A stretch of DNA of 59,832 bases, the filler included, from Fonticula-like sp. SCN 57-25 (Eukaryota), in NCBI GenBank assembly GCA_001724245.1. It is 9 parts of 9 records of this genome, joined end to end, with 100 filler letters (N's around TTAATTAATTAA, not from the genome) between each part and the next. Parts side by side here need not be neighbours in the genome. Positions count along the whole stretch, not along the records: positions 40,067 to 46,591 come from MEDX01000437.1; positions 46,692 to 53,219 come from MEDX01000438.1; positions 53,320 to 59,832 come from MEDX01000439.1; 6 more parts are not named here. One strand, given 5' to 3'. How positions within the stretch are numbered: the stretch's first letter is position 1; every line of letters begins with the position of its first letter. A program made the position numbers and the translations under genes. Under the pieces are notes generated by a model, which was not told where the DNA came from, did no database searches, and was given only the letters and a program-made list of their open reading frames with translations. Below are positions 45,524 through 57,297 of this stretch, piece by piece.

Positions 45524-46591
45524 TTACACAGACTCGTGAATCAAATAGGAAGCCTCTGTGGAATCCTCTCGCGTGGGACGAGATTTTGGTTTGAACTCCT
45601 TTGCAAAAATCTTCTTCATCCCCTTGCCAAACTGGAACATAACAACCACTAACCATACAAGCACAGCCAAACGACAGAAGATTGCGCTTCCAGCTGTTAT
45701 GTTTCATGTTTCGACAAGTAAAAAGGAAAGGGGAGATGATTAGCCCCAGTTTCTTTCAATCACACTCGTGCAAACATACCGACTGCAGTTAGCACAGACT
45801 TCACACGTGTCCTGTACTCTTCTGGGTCTTCAGGCTTACCAATGTGTGCATAGCCAAGCCACACCACGACAATCTTGTATACCAGGTAGGCTGGCTCAAG
45901 CAAACTCCAGATAAAGAAGAGCACACACACCCAGATCTTCTCCTTGCGCACACCTGCTATCACAACAATCAATGAGAACACAATGGTTCCAAGGAGACCC
46001 CCAGATAACCAGATGTAGGACAGTTTCTGGTCGAATGGGACAAAGAAGATACCCATCTGTATGTCATTTGTTGTGGGTCAGAGGGGACGAGAGACTGTCA
46101 CACACCACACACGTACAACGAATACATGGACCACAAACACGACATCCAGTTTGATCAACGTCAAAAAGATGTTGTATGTGCGATACATGTCTGCACATGT
46201 GTCAGTTGTTGTTCACTAGTGAAGCTGTGCAGTCACTTACTAATGAGCCTTGGATTTGTGCCTATGAGCTTGAATGCTCTCCACCCAAAATTACGCACAG
46301 TAGGTATAACTGGAACACACACATTTTTTAGAGAAAGTGAGAGTGAGAACACATATATATTAGAGAAGGAAGAGAGAAAGAATACACATATATGTTAGAG
46401 AGAATGAATGCACACATATGTTAGAGAATAAGTGTGCACAAAAATATTAGAGAGAGAATGAGGGAGTGGTTGGTTAATAAGCTTACCGAGAATGAGAAGA
46501 ATAATGTTCACAAAAACCAACACTTTTGCAAAGGGTTTCCATATCTATTAGCAACAAAAGATTGTGGTAACATCCTGGAGCCAGTCACAAT
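45524..46591 (-). CDS. multi-pass membrane protein (5' partial)
   Basis: Several TM segments; GVRKEK..., EPAYLVYK, QFGKGMK motif; multi-exon; stop TAA at 45524. Confidence 0.65.
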
Positions 46592-46691
46592 NNNNNNNNN
46601 NNNNNNNNNNNNNNNNNNNNNNNNNNNNNNNNNNNTTAATTAATTAANNNNNNNNNNNNNNNNNNNNNNNNNNNNNNNNNNNNNNNNNNNN
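46592..46691. other. artificial contig spacer
   Basis: N run, TTAATTAATTAA, N run. Confidence 0.99.
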
Positions 46692-46941
46692 GAAGGGGTA
46701 CGGTAGTATGGAACAGGAACAAAGCCGAGCGATTATTTGTATTACTCTACGTTTATTGACCCTACAAACTAGTTCTCGAAAATATTCGCATTCTCTGCAA
46801 GCGCCGCAGCCAGGGATGATCTCTACTGCAAGGCATATTGATACACAATGACATTCATCACTACACAAATTACGCGTTCAACTCGCTGTTAACTCGTCAG
46901 CCCTTTGAAAAAAAACACTAAAAGCCCATTCACTGCTCTAT

Positions 46942-47526
46942 CTACGCCGTCATGGGCCCGCAAACATAGTCGTGGAGCGAGAGGTACTTTGGCGTTTGGC
47001 CGCTAGCCTCGGCGTAAACGATCAAGTCCTTGTAGTTGCTCTCGAAGACGCTGGTGAGCTCGACCGAGGTGGACGACGTGTGCGTCAGGAGCGTTGTGGC
47101 AAAGCGAGGGGTCATGGTTGACCCCGATACAAGCGAGCCATCCGAAGCGAGGTAATACAGAAGCGAGCCCCTAGGGTGCGCCAGCGTGACGGCAAACGCC
47201 GCGACATTCTTGAACGAAGTGTCAATGATGTTGTCGCTGCCGTTCGGAAGAGTGGCGTTGCACGAAAAGAACGAGTCGGAGCGCGAGTTGCACGTCATCG
47301 TCAGGTTCACGTTCGAGTAGTCAGTCGTGATCAGATCCACCTGCATCGAGGTGAACCCCGAGCGACCAACAGTGGAAGGAAAGAGAGAAAAACGGCCTGA
47401 TTGGATGACGCGCGTCGATGTGGGAAGGGGCAAATCGGCCGCGGGAGGGAAAGGGTGTCCCAGCGCAGGCGCACTCAGGAGAAGCGCGCCGAAAAGAGCC
47501 GCAAACACAGCGTGCATTCCAGGCAT
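46942..47526 (-). CDS. hypothetical secreted protein
   Basis: Signal peptide MPGMHAVFAALFGALLLSAPALG, N-glycosylation sequons (NLT, NAT, NGS), intronless. Confidence 0.65.
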   Translation of the reverse strand: MPGMHAVFAALFGALLLSAPALGHPFPPAADLPLPTSTRVIQSGRFSLFPSTVGRSGFTSMQVDLITTDYSNVNLTMTCNSRSDSFFSCNATLPNGSDNIIDTSFKNVAAFAVTLAHPRGSLLYYLASDGSLVSGSTMTPRFATTLLTHTSSTSVELTSVFESNYKDLIVYAEASGQTPKYLSLHDYVCGPMTA

Positions 47527-47858
47527 CTTGACACAGCGGTGCGGCGGTGCAGAGTCAAAGCGCGGTTGTGACGTCACACTTTTGAGATTGTTCAAGCGTT
47601 GTGATTGGTCGATTCATCACAGGCTGCAAAAGCTTGTTTGACAGATAGACAGCTGTACTTTGGCCATATTTTTCGTATGTAAAAGTCCAACGCTATGTCG
47701 ACAAAATAATTTACAATACCCTTATTTGATAATTTGTAATATTCATCTCCTAAGCGGTGGGCCTAACGACTTTTATTCCTTATACTACATGATAACCTAC
47801 CAAAAAATATGCAAAAGCACTGTACGTATTCTAATAAATAAATATACATGCAAAATAT

Positions 47859-49499
47859 TCACTCAACTGAACCCGCCAACCTGATCTGCTTTTTCACAAT
47901 CCCCACCATTCTCGACCACTCCACCTCCTCTGCCCGTCTCTTCCTCCCCGCCTGCTCCTGATCCGACTCGATCATTACACTCCCCTTGTACCTCTCAAAC
48001 ATTTCATCGGCCTCGCTCGCCGTCGGGCTCTCACTCCACACGCCGTCCGCGCGCGCCGCCCCCTCCAACCGCTTCATCAGAAAGGAAAGTTTGTTGAGCT
48101 GCCTTCGCACGTTGACCGTCGGCATGTCATAAGACTTGAGGAACCGGAAGGGAAGGTAGCCGCGGGCGGGGTCGCCGCAGCACCAGTTCCGCCACAGGGC
48201 GCGCGTGCTGCCACGTGGCAGCTCAAAGTCGGCCGGCACAAGATGAAGTTTGTCGCCCCACGTGTGCGTCGTAACCGGTATGCATACCGGAGGCGGCAGC
48301 GGCGGCTCTGTTGATGGCGCTGCTGCTGGTTCTGCTGCTACAGGGCGCCTTTGCTCAAGGGCAGCTGTAATATTGGCAAGACGCTGAAGATCGATTCTTG
48401 GCATGACCTCCTGAAGACACTCCGTTAAGATCGTCCTGAAGTCATGCAGTGTGACCGGCCGCGTGTTCTCTGTGACCGGCCGCGTGTGCTCTGCGACCCG
48501 CCGCGTGTGCTCTTCAATGACATCAGCGACGCGCTTGACCAGGTCGTCCGCCATGGCAAGCACTTGCTTCTCTATTTGGCGCAAACCCTGAAGTGTGGTG
48601 AGGATGTACGGCGGTATGCCTGTGGCGGCAATGGCGTCGCCGGGCTTGCTCGCGCGGCAGACGACGGCGGCCTTGAGGTCGGCCAGCAGCACAGCATCAC
48701 TAAAGAGGGTAGATGTAAAGAGCGCGTGGTCGGCGGGAAGTGTGCGGCGCAGATAGTCAGAGTGAAACACGACCGATGCCAGCACGTGCTCGCCCAGCCG
48801 GCGGGAAGCGGCAGCAAGTCGTGGAAAGCACGACTCGACGGCGCGGTCGACGAGGGGCGAGCGCGGTTCAAACATGGGTGGAAGGAGCAGAAACTCTTCA
48901 TATGCCGGGGATATGCCGGCGGCAATGCGCCCGAGGCACATGTCACCCTCGGCGTTGTAGTGGAACATTAAGGCCTGCGCGCCGACGAACGGCCGGCCGG
49001 CTCGAAGGTGAACGGCGGCGGGAGAGGGGATACATGTCACCTCGGCAAAATCGGCAGCGCCGCTCCGCATTGCCTCGGCGTCAATGGCATCGCTCGACAG
49101 GCGGCGGCGATCCAGCTCTGCTTGGCCCTGCTCGCTGGACAGGACGCGGTCGAGGATCCGCTGGAAGCGATCCTGCTGATTGCCTCCGGGAAACACATTG
49201 ACGGATGTCGGGTCGATGGGGACGCTCAAGAGATAGATACCTAACGAAAGAATGGGGCATACTTCCGGCATGACTGGGTTGGCGTAAACGTGCCAAGGAC
49301 CCCGCTCGCCATTGTGCGCAAGGCGGACGGCCAGGGCATCGTCCTTCAACTCGAGGTCAGACCATCGAATCGACGTCGCGCTTTCCGCTCGGCACATGAG
49401 ATTCCAGCAGAGGATCATGACCGTGTGAGCAAATACATATTCATCGTTTGCCTCGCTGAGCAGGAGCTCACAGATGCGCCGGAATAAACTAAACTCCAT
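47859..49499 (-). CDS. Crypton-type tyrosine-recombinase-derived protein, catalytically degenerate
   Basis: LCWNLMCRAES, HVYANPVMPEVCPILSLGIY, VFPG.NQ..RF, LRAG, GD..LGR..AG, C-terminal VPADFELP...LW..WCCGD; intact 546-aa ORF. Confidence 0.75.
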   Translation of the reverse strand: MEFSLFRRICELLLSEANDEYVFAHTVMILCWNLMCRAESATSIRWSDLELKDDALAVRLAHNGERGPWHVYANPVMPEVCPILSLGIYLLSVPIDPTSVNVFPGGNQQDRFQRILDRVLSSEQGQAELDRRRLSSDAIDAEAMRSGAADFAEVTCIPSPAAVHLRAGRPFVGAQALMFHYNAEGDMCLGRIAAGISPAYEEFLLLPPMFEPRSPLVDRAVESCFPRLAAASRRLGEHVLASVVFHSDYLRRTLPADHALFTSTLFSDAVLLADLKAAVVCRASKPGDAIAATGIPPYILTTLQGLRQIEKQVLAMADDLVKRVADVIEEHTRRVAEHTRPVTENTRPVTLHDFRTILTECLQEVMPRIDLQRLANITAALEQRRPVAAEPAAAPSTEPPLPPPVCIPVTTHTWGDKLHLVPADFELPRGSTRALWRNWCCGDPARGYLPFRFLKSYDMPTVNVRRQLNKLSFLMKRLEGAARADGVWSESPTASEADEMFERYKGSVMIESDQEQAGRKRRAEEVEWSRMVGIVKKQIRLAGSVE

Positions 49500-49762
49500 C
49501 GCATCCTCCCCCTGCCAGGCCCTGTCACTCTGTCACCGTTACCTCTGATTCACCCCCGGATTCCTGTCAGCAGTGATGTCATCATTGCGCAGTCATGGCG
49601 TAAATCCAAAAAATACTGAAAAAATACCATACTTATGTGAAAGTGGCAAAGTGGCAATTAAAAGTGTGCTAAACCCATAATATATTCACGTCATTCTGCA
49701 TTATTCTTATTTGCCGTATGATAAATTCTGTATTAAAAACTGCTCGTTCAATTTTGGCCCCT

Positions 49763-52700
49763 CTACAAACCGGTTGGCTTTGCGACGGACGTATCGTACA
49801 ACTTCATGAGGTCCGCCTGCCCGCCGTCGTTCTGCGAAAAAGCGTACCCCCTCGACCTCTTCTCTCTCTGCGCGACGCGAATCTTGCGCAGCCTCTGCGT
49901 AAACAGCTGCGCCTGCTTCTTCCCCGGCCTCGGATCGCGCAGGTTGTAGCTCTGGATCTCTTGCACGATGACGTGCGGCATCGGGTGGTACATTCTCGTA
50001 TAGTACTTCCACGCGTACGGCCGCAGCATGCACATGAGCGGGATGAGCGGCATGGTGAACCAGTACACTGCCGAGCCGTAGAGCTGAAAGTGGACGCCGT
50101 ACGCCTCTGAAAAGTACTTGAAAAGCGGCCACAGGCTTGCGTAGATTGGCACAAACACGACCCAGGCGAGCGCCGACCCCCACACGGTGACCTGCGTGTG
50201 CAGCGGCCAATAGTCAATCATGAGCGCCGCCTTGAGCGTGACCGTGAGGACGACCATCGTGTACGCGAGGAAGCCCTGGAACCAGTGGCCCGCCATGAGG
50301 CCGTTGCCGAGCTGCAGGTCGCCGACAAACATAAAGTAGAGGCTGAAGAAGATGATGAGCGAGTGCAGGAACGCCTCGAGGACAAAGGCGGTGAAGCTTC
50401 TAAAGTTGAAGGAGCGCTGCTGCTGGCCGTACGAGTACAGCTCTGGGTAGTTGTAGAGCATCTTGTCCGACACAAACTGGTCAAACACGCCGAGCATGAT
50501 GGCCGGCAAAAAGGTAAAGATGACATTGTACATCGAGATGGTCCACTGCTCGTACAGAATCATGCCAGAGTACCCGTTAAAGAACGCAAACCAAAACTGC
50601 ACCATGTAGAGTGCAATGTTCTTGTAGAGCGAGTAGAGAATCGTCTTTGACATGCGGCGGTACGACCACGAGCCGTGCACGAGCAGCAGCCGCTTGAGGA
50701 AGCGGAACTGCGCAATGGCAAAGTCGGCCGCGCGCGCAGCCTGCAGGCCCTCCTGCCCGCTGATGCCGACGCCGACGTGCGCCGCCTGAATCATGCTGAC
50801 GTCATTGGCGCCGTCGCCAATGGCCAGCGTGATCGAGTTGAGGTGCGTGCGCGCCATCTTGACGACGAGCGCCTTTTGCAGCGGCGAGACGCGGCAGCAG
50901 ATGACCGCCTTGCACTCCTTGGCGAGGCTCACAAACGTCGGCTGCAAGCTTTCTTCAAGCGCAAAGCCGAGCGTCTTTCCGTCGATGATGAGCGCGAGCT
51001 CGAGCCTGTGCGAGTCGCCTTCGGCGAGCTGCTCGGTGCGCTTGCCCGCCGTCACCGCCTGCAGCTGCTCCTCAAGGTACTCGCGGCACGCCTCCATCGT
51101 CGGCTCATTGCAGACGAGCAGCGTCGAGTCGTCGTTGAGCACGCGGCAAGAGTAGCCAATATTGATCGCCGTCTCCTGGCGATCGCCGGTGAGCACCCAC
51201 AGCTTGATGTTGGCCTCGCGCAGCTGCTGGATCGTCTCGGGCACGCCCGCCTGCAGGCGGTCCTCAATCGCCGTCGCGCCAAGAAGGAAAAGGTTCTGCT
51301 CAATCAGCTCGGCAGAGTCCATGATCATCTGGTCGCGGTCGACGAGCGACGTCGACGCCTTGTGGTGCTGCACGGCCCACGCGTCGTACTCGGCCTGGTC
51401 AACCTCGCGGTAGCCGAGGCACAGCGTGCGCAGACCGTCAGCGGCATAGTCCTCAAGGTGTTCCTCGGTGACCGCCACGAACTCCTGGCGCGGCGCGAGG
51501 CGCTCAAGAATGACAGTGTCGGCGCCCTTGCAGTACAGGCGGATGCGGCCGTCGGGGCCGCGGCAGATGACAGACATGCGCTTGCGCGTCGAGTTGAACT
51601 CGAGCACGGCGAGGATCTCGTACGTGCACTGCTGGCCGAGCACGTCAACGGTAATGTTTTTGGGGCGGCGGACAAGGAAGCGGTAGCCGAGCGCGACGGC
51701 GCCCTGCACGAGCGCGTTCTCGTCGGGCGAGGAGGCCTGGTAGTGAACGTCGCCGGTCTCTTCATTCACCTCGGGGATGACCGTGTGGCACACGGCGAGC
51801 AGAGTCAAAAACTCGTGAATGTACTTTGCGTTCGGCTCGCGCGTCTGCATGCGCGCCAGGAGGCGCTCAAAGCTCTCCTCGGTGCGCTGAAAGTTGGCGG
51901 AATCGGACGACGCGCCGGCGGCCGTCAGCGGGCGCATCTCCATATTGGCGTCGCCGCCAAAGTCGCCAAACCCGCCGTACTCGCCGCCACCGTTGCTGTA
52001 CACGGCAGCCTCGTCGACGGAAAAGGTGGCGGCCACGGGCGCGTTGAACTTGCCCGTCTGCAGGTCGTGCGTCATGTCCATGCAGTACTGCATGCCGGCG
52101 ACGCTCGCCTTTTTAAACTCCATAATGTTTTCGGTGAGCGTGCCGGTCTTGTCGGAAAAGATGTGGTGAATCGTGCCGAGCTCCTCGATGAGGTTGCTGG
52201 TGCGCGCGCGGGCAGGCGTGTCCGACTCTGCGTGGTAGAGCTGCAGGTCGTTGTTGATGAGCATGGCGAGGTTGAGCTTGACAATTTCGAGCGTCACAAT
52301 GAGACTGATCGGGATCAGGTTGACAAACAGAATGATAAAGGTCAGGAAGTTCAGGCCGAAGCTCGACGACAGCGACGAAATGTTTTCGGGCGTGTACCGC
52401 ATATACCACATGCGGCCGTCGCTCGCGTTCTCGCGCATCCAAATAAGGTTCGCCGTCGTGCAAAAGAGCGACATGACGACGAGGATAATTGAAAGGACAA
52501 TCATCTGGTGGTTGGTCACGCGCTCGACCGACGTCTGCTTGGTCGGGGCGGGGCTCGAGTTGCGGAACAGCTTGGTGTCGCGGCCAGTATTGAGCACCAT
52601 GCCGTACACCCACGGCGTGTTGCGCAGCTGGCAGCCGCGCAGCAGAATCTGCGTCGGGCCAAGCGCGAGCTCCTCAGAGTTGGTTTCCATGCGCCACGTG

Positions 52701-53219
52701 CCCTCAAACGTGTACAGGCTGTTGTTGGGGCGCTCGCAGCGGATCAGGCCAGACAGCTTCAGGGCGGCCTGCGGCGTCAGCACGTGGCTCGTGTCGGGAA
52801 GGCCCTGCTTCACCTTGAGGTTTGTCTCGCCGTCAAGGTTGGCCGTCTCGACGTAGCAAATCGCGTCGGGCTCGGACGAGGAGAGCAGCAAAAGATCGGC
52901 GGGAAAGTATTCATTGTTCTCGAGGCGGACAATGTCGCCCACTTTGGTTTCGCTCCAGCGGATCTGGAAAAAGGAGCCGTCCGCATTTAGCCGCTTTACT
53001 GGGCGGTTATTCACTGTGAAGATAAAAAACAAGGCGCGATCGCGTCAGAGAAACCCAAAAATAAACACCTTCGGCGTACGCTCGTGATCCATGCGGTGGC
53101 GCTTGGTGTCCTCGAGCACCTCCTTGATGCACGACGCGCTGAGCACGATGACGAGCGGCAGGATGGTCGTGTAGGGACTTGTCGGCGACACGCCCGGGAT
53201 CTGCTGGATGCACGCGATG
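49763..53219 (-). CDS. DRS2: P4-ATPase phospholipid flippase, Drs2/ATP8A type (5' partial)
   Basis: LDGETNLK, IPISL, DKTGTLT, SPDE, KGAD, TGDRQET, GDGAND, C-terminal RGYAFSQ autoinhibitory motif. Confidence 0.96.
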
Positions 53220-53319
53220 NNNNNNNNNNNNNNNNNNNNNNNNNNNNNNNNNNNNNNNNNNNNTTAATTAATTAANNNNNNNNNNNNNNNNNNNNNNNNN
53301 NNNNNNNNNNNNNNNNNNN
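53220..53319. other. artificial contig spacer
   Basis: N run, TTAATTAATTAA, N run. Confidence 0.99.
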
Positions 53320-56249
53320 TGGCCGGCGTCGCCTTCGTAATTGGCGTCGCCTTCGTAATTGGCGTCGCCTTCGTAATTGGCGCCGGCGTGGTTATCGGCA
53401 CTGGCGTGGTCATTGCTGGGGCAATAGTCGGCACTGGCATCGTTATGGGCACTGGCGTTGTTATCGGAGTCGTGCTCGGCGCCCTCTTAGTAATCGGAGT
53501 TGCACTCGACTCTTTGGCAATAGCCTGCATCGCCAACGACAGCGACTCCTCTGATAACCCTACACCCGCCAAGGCCTCCGCAAGCGTAGCGGACATAGAG
53601 TTGGTCGCTGAAAAGCACTTGTTAGTAAAGCCGCTGTGAGGATGGCCAAAGCAACGCACGCTTTACAGATTGTGTCGTGATAGGTTTCGAAGCAGTGACT
53701 GGAGTGGACGATGCCGACTTGGCTCTCGATTTGCGAGGCTTCTTTACGGTCGACGGGAGAGGGCTGTTGGGGATCACGACACCGGGAGTTGCAGAATTTC
53801 CTTCGTTTGAACTTGGCGTCAGCGTCGCCGCATCTGATGCTGGTGTCGCTGTGAGCGCGGCGGCAGGGCTCGATGTGACCGACTTGGCCCGTGATTTACG
53901 TGGTTTTTTGGCAGGAGGCGCCGCTCCTGCGTCAGTGCCAGGAGCCGTTGCCCCGGCATCAGTGCCAGGAGTCGAGGCGCCCACTTTAGATGATGCAGGC
54001 CTTGGTCGCTTGGGCGTCGCCGGCTTGGGCGTTTTCACTGGCGACTTGGACAGCGCAGCTGCAGAGGCGACAGCTGATGCGGCACTAACGGGAAGTTTGA
54101 CTGGGGACATAGTGGCGACAGACGGCAGCTCGTTCAAGATTGGAACTGGCTGTGTCATCGATCCGGCAATGGGGACATTGGTCAGCTCGATTACCATCGT
54201 CGGGGTGGCCGTCGGTGTCACTGAGAGGGGGGAATCGGAAGATGGAGCGGGTGTGACAATCGCCTTCAGCTTTGTGCTGGGGCGCTTGCGCTTCGGGCTG
54301 GAGGGTGGGACCGATGCGTCGCCCGCAGCTTCCTTCTCGGTCTTTCGTTTCCGAACCTGCTTGGCCTTGACTGGGGTAGCGGTTTCCTTGTCGCCCTTGT
54401 CGCCTGTGCTGGCGGGCAAACTTGAGAGTGACTGCGTGGCGTCCGAATGGAGAAGAGGGGTTCCACTGGCCGGTCGTGACGCAACTGCATCAAGGATACC
54501 TTCTGCCGCAACGCCTGTCGGTGCTGTGGTTGAAGGGATCGCTGCGCCCGAAACGGGCGCGCTCTCCGGCGCTGACTCAACGGCGGGAGCTGTGGAAGCA
54601 GAGGCAGAAGCAGAGACGACAGACGGCTTCTTCTCCCTCTTCCTCCTCTTTACTGGCGTCGTGGTGCTTGTCGCTGTGCCCTGCTCTGCTTTGTTGATGC
54701 GCTTGATCAGATGGGCAATGGAGTTGCCTTTGCTAAAAGGTTGCAGGTAAATGGTCAGGTCCGGCGGACATGAGGAAACGATAACACCCTTGATCTGTTC
54801 GAACGGCATTAGAACTGGCTACAGGCAGAATCACAACGCACCGTGACCGTCAGCTTTTTAATAAACTTGTCAAAAATAATATTTCCTTTTTTCTTCTTTC
54901 CCGTCAACGCCCTACGAGCTGCATTAGAAAATATTTGCAGAATGTCGCATCGTACTGGAGTTGCTCCGACGCCTCAACAAGATGCTGCGCACAGTCGGCA
55001 ACTTCAATGAGAGCAGCACGCGCATCCGTGGCCTGATTCCACTCAAAACACAGAATAGGTTCCCAGCCGGTGGGCACAGTCGACACCTGGGAAGAAGGGA
55101 CATCCGACGTTGGCGGCACATCCCCGCTCTCAGGTGCGCGTGCTGATGAGGCCGGAAGGTCAGTTTCCGTGCCGTTAGGAGCGACTTGAGACCCGCTTTC
55201 CGCCTGCTGGCTCTCCGCAGCGGCAGCCAAGCGCTTTGCTTCCTCGGCATCGCGCTTGAGAACCGCTTCGTCAAACTGAGCGCGCCATCGTGCAACAAAA
55301 ATATCCCGGACTGCATCGCCTGCCAGCTTTTGGAGCTTTTCCTGAGAGGCTGCGAGGTTCTCTGTAAAGCGGGTGTGCAGCTTTGTCCAGACGGCAGTGC
55401 GCACGTGGTCCGTCCGGAAGGGCAGAAAGGCAAGGAGATCGGTAAAAAAGTCGTCGGCTAGCGCGAGCGGTTTCCCGCGGCGCTTCTTGCTAACGTAGCG
55501 GTACGCCAATTCACCCAACGGTGCGAGCATTTCCGGCGGCACATTCTTTACATTCTTTGGAACTATAGCCGTGCGTGTTAGCATGGGAGGCCTTTCATCA
55601 GAAACGCGTACTCTTGGAGGCCATGGCACTCAAGGTATTAATGTGTTCCCTAAATTCCGCATCCTGCGACGCCAGCGCACTTGAGCGCGTGGAAGCTGAC
55701 ATGAGCTTCGAGTTCTTGCGGAGCGGCGCCGCGCTCTTCTCGGGAGATGAGTCACTGTCCTCGACGTTGGAGGCGGACGCGGCAGCAGGACTACCTGCAG
55801 GCTTACCCTTCTTCGCGCGCCCCTTCTTCACTTGCGGCTCCTCTTCGGTTGGCCAAAAAAACTCGTTAATGTTGGTACCACGGAAAACAACAAAGCCGTG
55901 GCCGTGTGGGAGTGGATCCGTGTGAACATCAATGAGGATTTCTTCATCATCAATAAACGGATCGTCGTAGTCATACTCGTCGTCACCTTCGCGATCTGCC
56001 GCACCGTCCGCTTCGTCGTCGTCGTCGGCCTCAACATCTTCGCCTACGTCCTCTTCATCCGTCGCATTCGTTGGCTAGCGCATACAGAGGTCAGCAACAC
56101 TCGGCTCGATGTCCAAGAAACCGCACCAATGCCGTTTGCGTCGCAGCTGCCGCACTAGCAGACGCTTCAGCTAATATTGGCGGCGAGGTTGAAGTAGACA
56201 CTGGCGCAGATAGAGCATCAACCACCAATTTATCTGCAACGTCGCCCAT
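53320..56249 (-). CDS. ubinuclein/Hpc2-like HIRA-complex subunit (3' partial)
   Basis: HUN/HRD motif EYDYDDPFIDDEE...GFVVFRG; helical middle domain; long S/T/P/K low-complexity tail with PITKAT repeats; four introns. Confidence 0.8.
53325..53470 (-). repeat. 18-bp coding tandem repeat (PITKAT/PITTPV)
   Basis: ggcgtcgccttcgtaatt three times, then degenerate copies. Confidence 0.8.
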
Positions 56250-56426
56250 TTCTTACCGGCTGTCTCACGATTGACGCGCTCGCCCTGTGCGTTTATGCGG
56301 CCGACCCGTCGGACGCACTGCCACAGCGGCTGGCGCCAATTTTTGAATGACCGACTTCGATGATCAGTTTGCAAATTGCATCTTGTGGTGACGGTGACTG
56401 GACCGGACCTGTCTACGCCGCCCGCC

Positions 56427-57133
56427 ATGCCTCTAGCACTATACACGCGCATGCTTCATTCGCGCCCCATTCTGACCCAAAGCGTCATGACTGGCGCTCT
56501 AATGGCAGTTGGCGACGTGGCCGCCCAGCAGATTGTGGAGAAGCGGGGCATTGCAGACCACGACATCATGCGAACCATGCGCCTCAGCGGCTACGGCCTC
56601 TTCTTTGCGGTTCGCGCGGCTGACTAGTGATCCGAAGGGAGAGTCTCACGCTGCATTTTAGGGGCCTGTAATCGCCCAGTGGTACCGCATTCTTGACGCC
56701 CGGTTGCGCCTGGCCCACCCTGTTCGACGTGCGTACTACTCCCTCCACGTGGACCACGTACGTCACCGCTTACAAACGATGCAGAGGCACTTGCAAGAAT
56801 GGTCATCGACCAAGCCATTGCAGCACCGTCGTTGCTCGCCGCCTTTCTTGCTATTACGTCTTTCACGCGTAGAGGGTCGATCGAGGACGTTAAAACGTCG
56901 ATCCGTGAAGTGCGCATTTTTAAAGGCTCTCTTGACCGACTAACTCTGCACAGAATTATGCTCCAATTCTAATCAACAATTATCGCGTCTGGCCCATTGT
57001 CAATTTTGCCAACTTTTACTATGTGCCGCTGCATCATCGTTTGCTGGTGGGCAACACTGTATCCCTCTTCTGGAATACCTACGTTTCATACATGTCGAAC
57101 CGCAAGGTGAAGGCAGCCGAAAATTTGCCTTGA
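56427..57133 (+). CDS. SYM1: Mpv17/PMP22 family protein
   Basis: [69 protein letters not shown]. Confidence 0.9.
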
Positions 57134-57297
57134 GTACAGGTGAAACTCGTACTTAAAGCATATACACCAATTTTGTGAAGTTGTATTATTTTCATTGTGG
57201 TTTGAACGAAAAAAAAACAATTTTTACTCGACCATCCATGGAAACTGTCTGGCCAAAGCGAGGACGCAATCTTCAAATCATCATTGACGGGCAAAGT

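Noticed and set aside
6619-53319. Regularly spaced TTAATTAATTAA motifs inside N runs
   Set aside because: Artificial concatenation linkers, not a repeat array or CRISPR
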